Source of the DNA: Candidatus Latescibacterota bacterium
GTDB taxonomy: Bacteria; Latescibacterota; UBA2968; GCA-2709665
Direction of reading: 5' to 3'
NCBI GenBank assembly: GCA_965203805.1
Contig: OZ241917.1
Location: 3,296,001 to 3,360,000, forward strand
DNA: 64,000 nucleotides
Shown: one piece after another, positions 9,375 to 19,074 of the stretch
Layout of the letters: each line of letters opens with the position of its first letter
Position numbering within the stretch: position 1 is the first letter of the stretch
Program-made: the position numbers and the translations under genes
Notes under the pieces: model-generated
Seen by the model: the letters and a program-made list of their open reading frames with translations, nothing else
The model's database searches: none
Told to the model about the DNA's origin: nothing

Positions 9375-10385
9375 GGAGAATTAAGAATTGAGAATGAAGA
9401 ATGAAAACGGGATGGTCCTCGTGCGGTCTATCCATCGTGTCCTGACGGGGCGCCTGGCGGCGGACAGATTCCCGTTGGAACTGCGTTCCGGGCGGTCCCA
9501 AACTTCAAACTTCAATTTTCTTTTTTCCTTCATGCCCTTTTTCTTGCTTCGCCCAAGAAAAAGGGCCAAAAAGAAGGGCGCCTGCCTGCCGAGCAGGCTT
9601 CGGCGCAGGCAGGCCGCTCAAACGCCGCGGGGCTGCTTTTCCGCGAACCGCTTCAGTGGAGACAACGGGAGACGTTGCCCTGAAACCCTTACAGGCGTTC
9701 CCGGACGACGTTGCTGGACGGACTCGCGCGGAAAAGCCCCACCCCATCCTCCGTGCGTTCGATAGAACCTCGCGAAGTTACCTGCGATGAACTTCTTGCG
9801 CGATGCAACGCTTGCAATCTCCCACACCACCGCCAACCTACTGTCTACCCCCTTCCCGAAGGAAGGGGCCCCCCCGGATCCTATCGCGTGGCGTTCGTTA
9901 CCCTCTCCTCACAGGAGAGGGTCCCTGCCTGGCGGTGGTTTTTCGGCAGGCAGGGGGGAGAGGTCTGCGCATCCGCGAGGTCATGTCGCCAGGCCTTATC
10001 GTCGCCCCGTCGAAGCAGGTTGTCATCCCTCCTCTGCCGTCCTACATCTCACCTCTCCCCGCCTTTGAGACCTACCCCCTAACCCCCTTCCTGTGAGGAA
10101 GGGGGAACGGTGACGGGTCGATGTCCTGGGCATGCAAATGTGCCGGGTGGCGAATTCCTGTCAATCAGTGTATCTATTGATGACCGGCCCGCGACACCTG
10201 TCTTTTCTCCCCCTCTCCTCACAGGAGAGGGGGCCTGCCTGCCGAGCAGGTCTCGGCGCAGGCAGGCCGGGGGGAGAGGTCTGCGGGGCCGGGAGGGGTT
10301 CGCATTCGGCTGACTTTTGATTGTGATGTTCGCTCTTGATTCAAGCTGACGGCTGATCGCTGATAGCTGCTCTTTGCTGCCTTTC
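9375..10385 (+). repeat. Mosaic repeat cassette (A, C, D, B, F)
   Basis: Same modules; about 9750-10190 closely matches the reverse complement of about 41280-41710. Confidence 0.95.
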
Positions 10386-10386
10386 G

Positions 10387-11283
10387 CTAGTCATCCATCT
10401 CCCGCTTGAAGGTGAGCTTCATCTTGGCGCCGGCGTTCTCCACCTTGACGTTGCCCCTGATTACGGTGACGTCCACGTCTTTGAACGATAACTTGATTTC
10501 ATGTGCGATCACGATTCCGTGGTCCACGTCGATGGTCCATTTCCCCTTCCCCTCACCCGTGCCTTCGACCATGATGGACACCGCGTTCGAGAATATCCAT
10601 CCGCGGTACCGCATCTGCCGGGCCTCTTCGATGAGGGCGAGGCGGCGGCCCTTCTTCTTCGTCAGTCGCTTCAATACGTAAACGCTGTTGATTTCCACCG
10701 CGCCTTTGTCCTGGAGCGCGGGGATGGGAATCTCGTGGCGGCGCTGCCCGCGCCACGAATCTCCGGAGCCGACCTCACGATCGGGCAGGACCGGATGGAT
10801 TTCCGGCGCCCAGAGCTGGTGCAGATCGCTGATCGCCGCTTCCCGGCGCACTTCGTAGGACTTGAAGCCGGGCTTGAACCCGACCACGTCGCCCGCCGCG
10901 GTGACGTTCCACGCAAATGTCCGGTTGTTGAACATATCGAGCAGGTACGGGAAGTTGTTTTCGCTGATCTGAACGCGGTCTTCCATGACCGTACTCTCGG
11001 CGTTCTGAACCGTTGCCGTGACGGTTGCGGCTTCCGCCGAGATTGCAGTGACGGCTTCCCTGCTTTTCCACTTTCCGTAGGTCCGGACGTCGACGGTGCC
11101 GGACGTCTTGTCTTCGTCGATCAGGTCGGCGCGACCGCTGTAATATTCCAGCGTCCAGGCGTTCTTGTACAGGTTCGACTGCCCCGTCTTGTAGACGAAC
11201 TTGAGCGCCACCTTCTCTGCAAACGCCGACCCTGACGGGACAACCAGAAGCCAACCGAAAAACACATAAAGTAAGCGGCTCAT
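10387..11283 (-). CDS. Secreted hypothetical protein, beta-rich
   Basis: Signal peptide ending SAFA; GGAGGG RBS; 298 aa. Confidence 0.75.
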   Translation of the reverse strand: MSRLLYVFFGWLLVVPSGSAFAEKVALKFVYKTGQSNLYKNAWTLEYYSGRADLIDEDKTSGTVDVRTYGKWKSREAVTAISAEAATVTATVQNAESTVMEDRVQISENNFPYLLDMFNNRTFAWNVTAAGDVVGFKPGFKSYEVRREAAISDLHQLWAPEIHPVLPDREVGSGDSWRGQRRHEIPIPALQDKGAVEINSVYVLKRLTKKKGRRLALIEEARQMRYRGWIFSNAVSIMVEGTGEGKGKWTIDVDHGIVIAHEIKLSFKDVDVTVIRGNVKVENAGAKMKLTFKREMDD

Positions 11284-11466
11284 CGCTCCCTCCTGACAAT
11301 CTAATTCGCCGTGATTCCGGACAGGCGCTATTTCGCATAAGTATAGCCCGGTGTTTTTGGAATGTCAACCCGGACAGTGATTGAATTCTGATGAAAAGCT
11401 GATTAGAACCTGTGGAGAGACTTTGGAGGATGAGATTGGCGCGAGGGGATCGCCGGGAGAGACCGT

Positions 11467-11652
11467 GATCAGAGGACGATCAAGGACCCGGGAAGAGGCC
11501 ACGATCAGAGGACGATCAAGAGTCCGGGAAGAGGCCACGATCAGAGGACGATCAAGAGTCCGGGAAGAGGCCACGATCAGAGGACGATCAAGGGCCCGGG
11601 AAGAGGCCGTGATCAGAGGAGGATCAAGGGCCCGGGAAGAGGACACGGTCAG
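11467..11652 (+). repeat. 36-bp tandem repeat, about 5 copies
   Basis: GATCAGAGGACGATCAAGnnnCCGGGAAGAGGCCAC starting at 11467, 11503, 11539, 11575, 11611. Confidence 0.95.
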
Positions 11653-11763
11653 AAAAAAAGCACCGGAAAATTGGCCACGAATAGTACAAAAAGGCACAAA
11701 GGGTGTCGCTGTAAAACGGACCGAAGAGGTCGTCCGGAAGCACATTTGTTACATTCACGTCCG

Positions 11764-12007
11764 GTGAGCTGAAGTTCCCGGAAATCCGACGTCGAGTCGG
11801 CTTTATTGACCTGCGTAACTTCGAATCAACGTACCCGAAAATACCCGAATCAAGGTTAACTTTAATTCGACAAAGAACACCGGAAAATTGGCCACAAGAG
11901 GCACACGGGTAAGTGAGCTGAAGTTCACGGAAATCCGACGTCGAGTCGCCTTTATTAACCTGCGTAACTTCAAATCAACGTACCCGGAAAAAGCCGAATC
12001 AAGGTTA
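11764..12007 (+). repeat. Pair of 95-bp direct repeats
   Basis: GTGAGCTGAAGTTC...AATCAAGGTTA at 11764-11858 and 11913-12007. Confidence 0.9.
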
Positions 12008-12442
12008 GCGGGATTTGCGGGAAGGTGGGATGTTGGGGTTGCCCTGGGCGCGTTGTTTGAAGCTGTTGTTGGTGACTCTTTTGACTTCCAGGCTCTTTGC
12101 GCCGAAGTTGATGAGCAGCCCGACCTCCAGGTCGAACGCCTCGAGGTAGTTGATCGCCTGCGCGAAATGGACGTCTTCCAACTCGATCACTGCCTTCAGT
12201 TCAACACACACGACGTTTTCCACCAGGAAATCGGCTCTTCTGAAGCCTATCTGTTTACCTTTGAAAAAAATGGGCATTTTATGCTCGCGGCTGAAAGAAA
12301 TGTCCTCAATTTCCATCTCCATCTGCAGCGCATTCTGGTAGATGGATTCCTGGAAGCCGTTGCCCAGCGCGGAATGGACCGTCATCGCGCAACCGATAAT
12401 CTTCGCTGTCAGCGCCGAGTGTTTGTGTTCATTCTTTATCAT
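12005..12442 (-). CDS. GxxExxY family protein (PD-(D/E)xK nuclease-like)
   Basis: LGNGFQESIYQ, ADFLVE..VELKA, QAINYL, GLLINFG. Confidence 0.92.
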   Translation of the reverse strand: MIKNEHKHSALTAKIIGCAMTVHSALGNGFQESIYQNALQMEMEIEDISFSREHKMPIFFKGKQIGFRRADFLVENVVCVELKAVIELEDVHFAQAINYLEAFDLEVGLLINFGAKSLEVKRVTNNSFKQRAQGNPNIPPSRKSR

Positions 12443-12898
12443 AGGCCGAGAGTACCTTGATCATTTTGATTCACCGAAATGGGAACCAGGTCGAACCCGT
12501 CTGGATAAATCGTGCGGGACTGAAGATATCATTGGAGAGCTTGTCCCTGAGGAATTCCAGGGTTGCCGCGCCATCATTCAGTGCTGTATTCGTCGCGTTC
12601 AGGGCGCGTTAACCGCGGCGAATAAGGCATTTTCCGTAAATGAAACGTACGGGCCGGATCGAGAATACGTCCACTCGCGAGATATTCACCTCCGGGATTC
12701 AGAGGAATTCGACTTGACATTGGCGATTGACTTGACTTATATGGACTCGGAAATCATGCCTGCACATTTCGCGCCAGGCACGTTGTTCTGACGGCGCATT
12801 TCGACAACGTCGGGATTGACGAATTACCAAAACCGCAAGTCGACGGGTATGCATTGCAGCAACGCGCGTACGTCCTCGAGATCGAAAGGAGGGCAGCG

Positions 12899-14890
12899 AT
12901 GAAGTCCTTCACCCTCCCACTCGTTTCGCTGCTGGTCTGTTCTCAGCCGGTTGCCGCGCAGAAGATCGGCGTGCCCGTACCGGTCGAAATCGTTGAGACT
13001 TCCACGACGCTGACCCTTGATTTCTCAAACTGCGACTACGAGCTGATCCTGTATTCCATCGATACTCACCTGGAGGACCAGTCCTACGGACTGTGCAATC
13101 CGTTGGGCTACTCCGTGACCGCCGCCTTCGGCGATTCGAATCCAGTTCTGGAAGGCGATCCGGATGCCGGTCCGCAAGCACCCCTTTCCGACCGCGTCAG
13201 CCTTGAGAGCAAACTTAGGGCACAGGAACGGAAACTTGCGAGCCACCTGCAGGTATCCGGCGGTTATCGCCCCCACGCCGCGAAGGCGGTACCCCAGCAG
13301 ATCGGCAGTACCCGGCAGTTTGCCTTTCCCGCCATTGGAAATGAAGCCAAGACCACCGTTACTGCTTCACTCGTGGCAACCAGCGAGCGGGCAAGCGCCT
13401 ACGTGGACGTTTACGACGTCGCCAGGATGAATAAAGCGTCCCTCCAGGCGCAGATCGACCGCTTCAGCAATAAAACCCACCCTATTGTCACATCCGCAGT
13501 CGGACGGGAATCCGACGTGGATAACGACGGCAAAATTCACATCCTTTACAGCAATCTGGTAAACCGGGGCGGACCCATATTCGGTGCGGCGGGATTCTTC
13601 TACGCGCCGTCCCTGCTTCCTGCGGATCAGGGTGGCGATGGAAATCTATCCGATATGGTTTATTTGGATCCAGACATAGACCCCGGCAGGATTGATGCCG
13701 TACTCGCCCACGAATTCCAGCATCTTATCAGCTTCAACCAGCACGTGCTCGTTCGGAACGGGCAATCGGAAGCTTTATGGCTCAATGAAGGGCTGTCGCA
13801 CTACTGTGAAGATCTCATCGGCGGGTACGGCGCACACAATGACCGGCACGTCGACATCTTCCTGAGACACAGTGCCAAAGGTCCGTTGGGTACAACCGGC
13901 TACACGGACCAGAGGAGTCGAGGCGCCGCGTATCTTTTCGTACGGAGCCTCGTTGAGGAGACCGGCCCGGGAATACTGGCGCGGCTCGTGCAAACAGACA
14001 GAGCGGGATTCGGGAATATCGAAGCCGCGACGGGCCGTCGATTCGGCGCCATCTTTGACAGGCATGTTTCGCGGCTGTTCCTGAGTGGATTGGGCCTCAA
14101 CACCGAACTCAATTATACGACAGCGCCTCTTGCAGACGACACTTCAAACGCACGGACATTCCCCGTCCCCGTTCACGCAACAATCTGGCCGGGAGGCGGG
14201 CACCAAATGGACAACCGGGGGCTTGTACCGGTCCTCCGGGACGATTCGCACGCCGTCACGATCAAAGGGGACATCTATCAACTCTCACCCGTGTATATAC
14301 GTCTGCTCGGAAACCGGAAACAGACGACGATAACCATACAGACAGATCCGGAAGGTGAGTTTCGGGCCCAACTCATTCCCATACCGATAGGCTATCAACC
14401 GCGTATCGCGATTCCCGGGAATTATTCGCCTCGCGTTGTGTTCGACACGCCGCTGCCCGCTCAATTCCGGACAGGCGAAGCAATACCCGTCAGCGGGACA
14501 GTCTCCGATACGTTGTTGTCCGGAATGGTTGAATTCTTCCTGGAGAGCCCCCTGCGATCGATCCACTTCGAAACGCCGGTTTCCAAAGGAAGATTCAACA
14601 CGACACTTTTCTTCTACCCCGATGAAGTCGGGAAATACACACTCTCCATCTCCGTGGCGAAACTGCACGGGTTGGTGGTCTTTAACTCGATGCCCGTAGT
14701 ACACGGGGATCCGCCTTCACCTGACTTTGACCGCGACGGAACGGTCGATTTCACGGATTTCATCGGGTTTGCGCGGGCGTTTGGCAAGTCCTGGGCCGAC
14801 GAAAATTTCGAACCATGGTTCGATCTGGACCTGGACGGCGAGGTGGGGTTTTCCGACTTTCTCATTTTCGGGAAGGCATTTGGACTATGA
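12899..14890 (+). CDS. Secreted zinc metallopeptidase (M30-like) with Ig-like and dockerin-like EF-hand C-terminus
   Basis: AGGAGG then ATG at 12899; signal peptide; AHEFQHL...WLNEGLS; C-terminal DFDRDGTVDFTDF..DLDLDGEVGFSDF. Confidence 0.85.
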   Translation: MKSFTLPLVSLLVCSQPVAAQKIGVPVPVEIVETSTTLTLDFSNCDYELILYSIDTHLEDQSYGLCNPLGYSVTAAFGDSNPVLEGDPDAGPQAPLSDRVSLESKLRAQERKLASHLQVSGGYRPHAAKAVPQQIGSTRQFAFPAIGNEAKTTVTASLVATSERASAYVDVYDVARMNKASLQAQIDRFSNKTHPIVTSAVGRESDVDNDGKIHILYSNLVNRGGPIFGAAGFFYAPSLLPADQGGDGNLSDMVYLDPDIDPGRIDAVLAHEFQHLISFNQHVLVRNGQSEALWLNEGLSHYCEDLIGGYGAHNDRHVDIFLRHSAKGPLGTTGYTDQRSRGAAYLFVRSLVEETGPGILARLVQTDRAGFGNIEAATGRRFGAIFDRHVSRLFLSGLGLNTELNYTTAPLADDTSNARTFPVPVHATIWPGGGHQMDNRGLVPVLRDDSHAVTIKGDIYQLSPVYIRLLGNRKQTTITIQTDPEGEFRAQLIPIPIGYQPRIAIPGNYSPRVVFDTPLPAQFRTGEAIPVSGTVSDTLLSGMVEFFLESPLRSIHFETPVSKGRFNTTLFFYPDEVGKYTLSISVAKLHGLVVFNSMPVVHGDPPSPDFDRDGTVDFTDFIGFARAFGKSWADENFEPWFDLDLDGEVGFSDFLIFGKAFGL

Positions 14891-15153
14891 TTACGGTGAT
14901 TAAGGGTTGATTGAGACCCATGGAGAGACAGTGGTTGATGTGATTGTGACGGGCTGATCGACAGATAGGAATATCTGGAATTCGCATGCACAGGATGGCA
15001 GACAGGCACATTTCGTGCGATACCCCTTGACACGTGCAATGATGCGTAGAACCTGTTCCGGATTTCAATCTTGGCACAGGGCCACCGTGGCATCAGGTCC
15101 ATATCGGGTTACAGCGGTACGCAATCGGTCTCAAACGCGAAGACAGGCCAGAG

Positions 15154-16071
15154 ATGAGAACTCTTGCAAGTGCACTCCTCCTCATGTTACTCTGCGTTCA
15201 TCCGCTTGTTGCCGATGCTCAAGACCTCGCAGCGATTCCCGTCGACTACTTTCTCGACATCAGTCTGTCTTCGCCGATTCCCGTTGAAATCACAACCGGA
15301 CAGGCTGTTCGAGTTTCCGGCACTGTATTCGACCCAACAATAACAATGGTCGGGTTTTCCTTTTTTGACGAAAGCGGCGCGAATCCATACCTGAACCATT
15401 CGCCCGTGACAGACGGTCGATTCAAGAAGACGATATTCTTTCCGCACAAGACATCAGGCACGTACGACCTGGTATTATACAGATATCGAGGAAGCGCCCA
15501 ATCTGCATCCCAACGGGATCTATTCAGATCCCTTAACGTGATGAAGGGCGGGGGGGCCGCGTCCTTCCCTTTCGACTATTTCGAGGAAATCACACTCACA
15601 TCACCTATGCCGGTTGTATTTGCGCCAGGTCAGAAGCTGCGGGTAACCGGCACCGTGTCCGATCCATCGGTGTCTTATATCGAATTCTATCTCTGGTGGT
15701 TATCCACTGGACACCGGAGTCCGTTTCGCGGATCGACAAAAGCAACCTTCAAGGCTGCCGTCGAGAATGGACAATTTGCCATCGAGCTGGATTTAACCGA
15801 TCAGCGACCTGGAGATTATTGGCTCGACGTGTATTTGCATAGACGAGGGAGTCGTTCCCTGGGCCCCAGAAGATTCAGACCGATTACCGTGGTACCGCCT
15901 CCTGACTTTGACGACAATAACGTGGTCAATTTCGCGGACTTCCTGACTTTTGTACGGATGTTCGGACGTTCTTCAGCCGGCGGAAGATTCAGGTTCGATC
16001 TGGACGGGGACGGCGACATCGGGTTTTCGGACTTTCTGATATTCGCAAGAGCGTTCGGAGAAAGACTTTGA
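15154..16071 (+). CDS. Secreted protein with two Ig-like repeats and a dockerin-like EF-hand domain
   Basis: Signal peptide; repeats IPVDYF..SPIP..GQ.VRVSGTV.DP; DFDDNNVVNFADF; no HEXXH motif. Confidence 0.8.
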   Translation: MRTLASALLLMLLCVHPLVADAQDLAAIPVDYFLDISLSSPIPVEITTGQAVRVSGTVFDPTITMVGFSFFDESGANPYLNHSPVTDGRFKKTIFFPHKTSGTYDLVLYRYRGSAQSASQRDLFRSLNVMKGGGAASFPFDYFEEITLTSPMPVVFAPGQKLRVTGTVSDPSVSYIEFYLWWLSTGHRSPFRGSTKATFKAAVENGQFAIELDLTDQRPGDYWLDVYLHRRGSRSLGPRRFRPITVVPPPDFDDNNVVNFADFLTFVRMFGRSSAGGRFRFDLDGDGDIGFSDFLIFARAFGERL

Positions 16072-16445
16072 TTCAAGTGCGGCGACGGTGTGCGTCGGCC
16101 TCGATGGCCGTGACCCGTCCCACCGGGAATCGCGGGTCCGTGTCATTGCGAACCCAATAGCCGGTTCTTCGGCAAAGCGCATCATCGCCTGAATAATTCA
16201 CCAAACATGAACTTACACTAAACATGAACTCACATGGATGGACAGGATAAAGACCAGGCGCAGGACAAATGCTCACGATGCCGGGCCATACCGATGGATC
16301 CTTACCTCACTGGGACACGAAACGTCACCCTGACCCATCAATTTCGAAATTCACCAAACATCAACTTACATGTGAAAAACAACCCGTTATACATCAAAAC
16401 CAGGGTTTTCGTGAATAATCCATCATAGCGACGGGGCGCCAACAG

Positions 16446-19064
16446 ATGAGACTTTTTTCGGGATCGTTGTTCCTGTTGTTGACATTCGTTCACCCGCTTT
16501 CCGCGCAGAGGATCGGCGAACAGCAACCGGTCAGACTCATCGGGACGCAGACCCCTTTGACCCTCGAGTTTACCGACCGGGACTATCTGATGATCCTCTA
16601 TTCGCTGCATTCGGACGTCCCGCCCGATCTCAAGGAAAGTCCCGAGTACGGATTCTCTGTTTTCAGCCACTCGAACGGCGCCGGTTCCGCCGGCGTTCGC
16701 GGCGCCGGCGCCGGGTTCCCGCCTCTGTCGACCGGCGGTCCGGACGCGCAGCTTCGAAGACGGGAGCAGGAACTCGCCCGCCGCGTACGGGAAACCGGCG
16801 GATACCGCCCCCCGGCGACGAAAGTCGCGCCGCACCAGGTCAGCGCCCGCCAGTTCGCGTTTCCGGCGTTCGGCAACGTGCCCGATACGACCGTCTCCGC
16901 GGTTCTCGTCGCGGGCAGCTACAGGGCGAATGCCTACGTGGACGTGGCCGACACCGGCCGCGTCAGCAGGACGCGAATCCAGGGCGACGCCGACCTGTTC
17001 AGCTTAAGGATCCATCCCGTTGTCGCGTCCGCGCTCGCACGCGATCCGGGTGAAGGGGACATCGGGAAGGTTACCCTGCTCTACACCCACCTGGTTGACG
17101 AAGTTGGTGACGACACCACCACGGTACGCGGATTCTTCAACGCCGCGTCGGTCCTGCCTCCGAACCAGGGCGGCAACGGCGACCAGCTCAACCTGCTGTT
17201 TATCAATCCATTCAATGATCCGGACGTCGCCGAGGCCGTGCTTGCCCATGAATTCCAACACCTCTTCAGCTTCCACCAGCACGTGCTCATTCGAAACGGA
17301 AAGCCGGAAGAAGCCTGGCTAAATGAAGGACTGTCGCACGTGTGTGAGGACCTGGTGGGCGCACACGACGTGCACAATCGACTGAATATCGAACGCTTCC
17401 TCGCCGACCCGAGCGGTACGCCGCTGCGCGGGTCGGTCGAGATCCCGGGCGTCCGCGGCGCCGCCTATCTGTTCGTGCGGAGCCTGATCGAAGACTATGG
17501 CATGGGAATCCTCCCGCGCCTGGTTCAGACGAACAACGTTGGACTCCGCAACGTCAGACAAGCCGCCGGCGACCCCATCACCGACATTTACGTGAAATTT
17601 CTTTCGCGGCTGTACTTCACCGGGTCGGGGCTGAACCCCTCGCTCGAATATACCGCCCCCTTACTGGTGGACGCCGCGACCGGCGCCCGCCTGTTCCCCC
17701 GTCCGCGGGAGATTCACGTCACACCCCAGACTTCCCCCGGACAGGGTAGCGTCCAGCCCCTGTCCGGCGCCTATATCCGACTTTCGTACGACGAAAGCCG
17801 CACGATATGGATCCAGACCGCCGCGGAGGGCTCGCCCGGGGCGGTCCTTGTCCCGATTCTGCCGGCCGACCGGGACCGTATCTCGATTCCGACCGGTTTC
17901 TTTACGGGCATCACGCTGGACGCGCCAGTCGCCGGACCCTTTCTGTCCTACAAGCCGATTCCGATTTCCGGCGCCGTGTCCGACACGCTCGTCGCCGAAC
18001 TCGAGATCGTCCTCCAGCTCGAGGATTACAGCACCGAAAACCGGTACGTCGTCCCGGTTCGCGACGGAAAATTCACCCATACGTTCTTCTTCTCGCACGA
18101 ACAGGCGGGCGACTACCGGCTGGTGGTGAAAACGAAACGGGCAGACCGGCAGGACAGCGACACGGCGGGCACGTTCGGCGCCTTCACCGTTGAGGAAGGA
18201 CCGGCAACCGCTCCGATTCCCGTCGGTTACTTTATGGACATCGTCTTCTCCTCTCCGATTCCCGTCAAGGCGCGGTCCGGGCAGGCGTTCCGGCTTTCCG
18301 GCACGGTATCCGATCCGTCGCTGACCGTTATCAAATTCAGTTTCTGGCACGAGGATATCGACAGGTCCCTGCATTTCAATGCGCCGGTGACGGACGGTCA
18401 ATTCAGGAAAACGATCTTCTTCACGCACGGACAAACCGGCGTTTACCAGTTTGCGATCAACCGGCAGCGGGACGATACGAGCTATTCGTTCCCACAGGAT
18501 GCATTCAGCCCCTTTGTCGTCGTCGAAGGAGTCGGAGCGGCCCTCATCCCCGTGGATTTCTTCGACGAAATCAGACTCCAGGCGCCAATGCCGATCGAAT
18601 ACCGGATCGGCCTGCCGGTGAGCCTGGAGGGCGAAATTTCCGATGCCTCGGTATCCCAGATCGAGTTCGAATTCTACACGCCGGGCGGGGACACGGAGAC
18701 GCCGTCCGAGACGATCGACACGCGTTTCACCGCGCAGGTGGTTAACGGCCGGTTCAGCACCGACGTCGTCTTTCCATCCGAACAGCGGGTCTCGGATGAC
18801 TATACGCTGGACATCTGGCTGTGGCGAAGCGGCGAACGTACCCGGGGGTTCCGGAGATTCTCGCCGATTACCATTCTGGCGGCGCTGCCGGCTGCCGACT
18901 TCAACCGCGACGGATCGGTGGGGTTCGCGGATTTCATCGCGTTTGCGGAGGCGTTCGGTACTTCGGCCGGCGACGCGGACTTTGACGTCCGGTTTGACCT
19001 GGACGGGGACGGGACCGTTGGATTCGGGGATTTCGTCATCTTCGCGCGCGCATTCGGACAATGA
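16446..19064 (+). CDS. Secreted zinc metallopeptidase (M30-like) with three Ig-like repeats and a dockerin-like domain
   Basis: AHEFQHL...WLNEGLSH; paralog of 12899 and 15154. Confidence 0.85.
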   Translation: MRLFSGSLFLLLTFVHPLSAQRIGEQQPVRLIGTQTPLTLEFTDRDYLMILYSLHSDVPPDLKESPEYGFSVFSHSNGAGSAGVRGAGAGFPPLSTGGPDAQLRRREQELARRVRETGGYRPPATKVAPHQVSARQFAFPAFGNVPDTTVSAVLVAGSYRANAYVDVADTGRVSRTRIQGDADLFSLRIHPVVASALARDPGEGDIGKVTLLYTHLVDEVGDDTTTVRGFFNAASVLPPNQGGNGDQLNLLFINPFNDPDVAEAVLAHEFQHLFSFHQHVLIRNGKPEEAWLNEGLSHVCEDLVGAHDVHNRLNIERFLADPSGTPLRGSVEIPGVRGAAYLFVRSLIEDYGMGILPRLVQTNNVGLRNVRQAAGDPITDIYVKFLSRLYFTGSGLNPSLEYTAPLLVDAATGARLFPRPREIHVTPQTSPGQGSVQPLSGAYIRLSYDESRTIWIQTAAEGSPGAVLVPILPADRDRISIPTGFFTGITLDAPVAGPFLSYKPIPISGAVSDTLVAELEIVLQLEDYSTENRYVVPVRDGKFTHTFFFSHEQAGDYRLVVKTKRADRQDSDTAGTFGAFTVEEGPATAPIPVGYFMDIVFSSPIPVKARSGQAFRLSGTVSDPSLTVIKFSFWHEDIDRSLHFNAPVTDGQFRKTIFFTHGQTGVYQFAINRQRDDTSYSFPQDAFSPFVVVEGVGAALIPVDFFDEIRLQAPMPIEYRIGLPVSLEGEISDASVSQIEFEFYTPGGDTETPSETIDTRFTAQVVNGRFSTDVVFPSEQRVSDDYTLDIWLWRSGERTRGFRRFSPITILAALPAADFNRDGSVGFADFIAFAEAFGTSAGDADFDVRFDLDGDGTVGFGDFVIFARAFGQ

Positions 19065-19074
19065 CGGAAAGTCA

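Noticed and set aside
9630-9740. Hammerhead or HDV ribozyme, or known riboswitch, in module A
   Set aside because: Catalytic-core consensus not found; only short coincidental words such as CTGA and GGGCAAC
11467-11652. CRISPR or TIGR-like guide array (36-nt period), or the 128-aa ORF 11381-11767
   Set aside because: Only about 3-5 nt vary per unit, too little for spacers; the ORF is a by-product of a period divisible by 3
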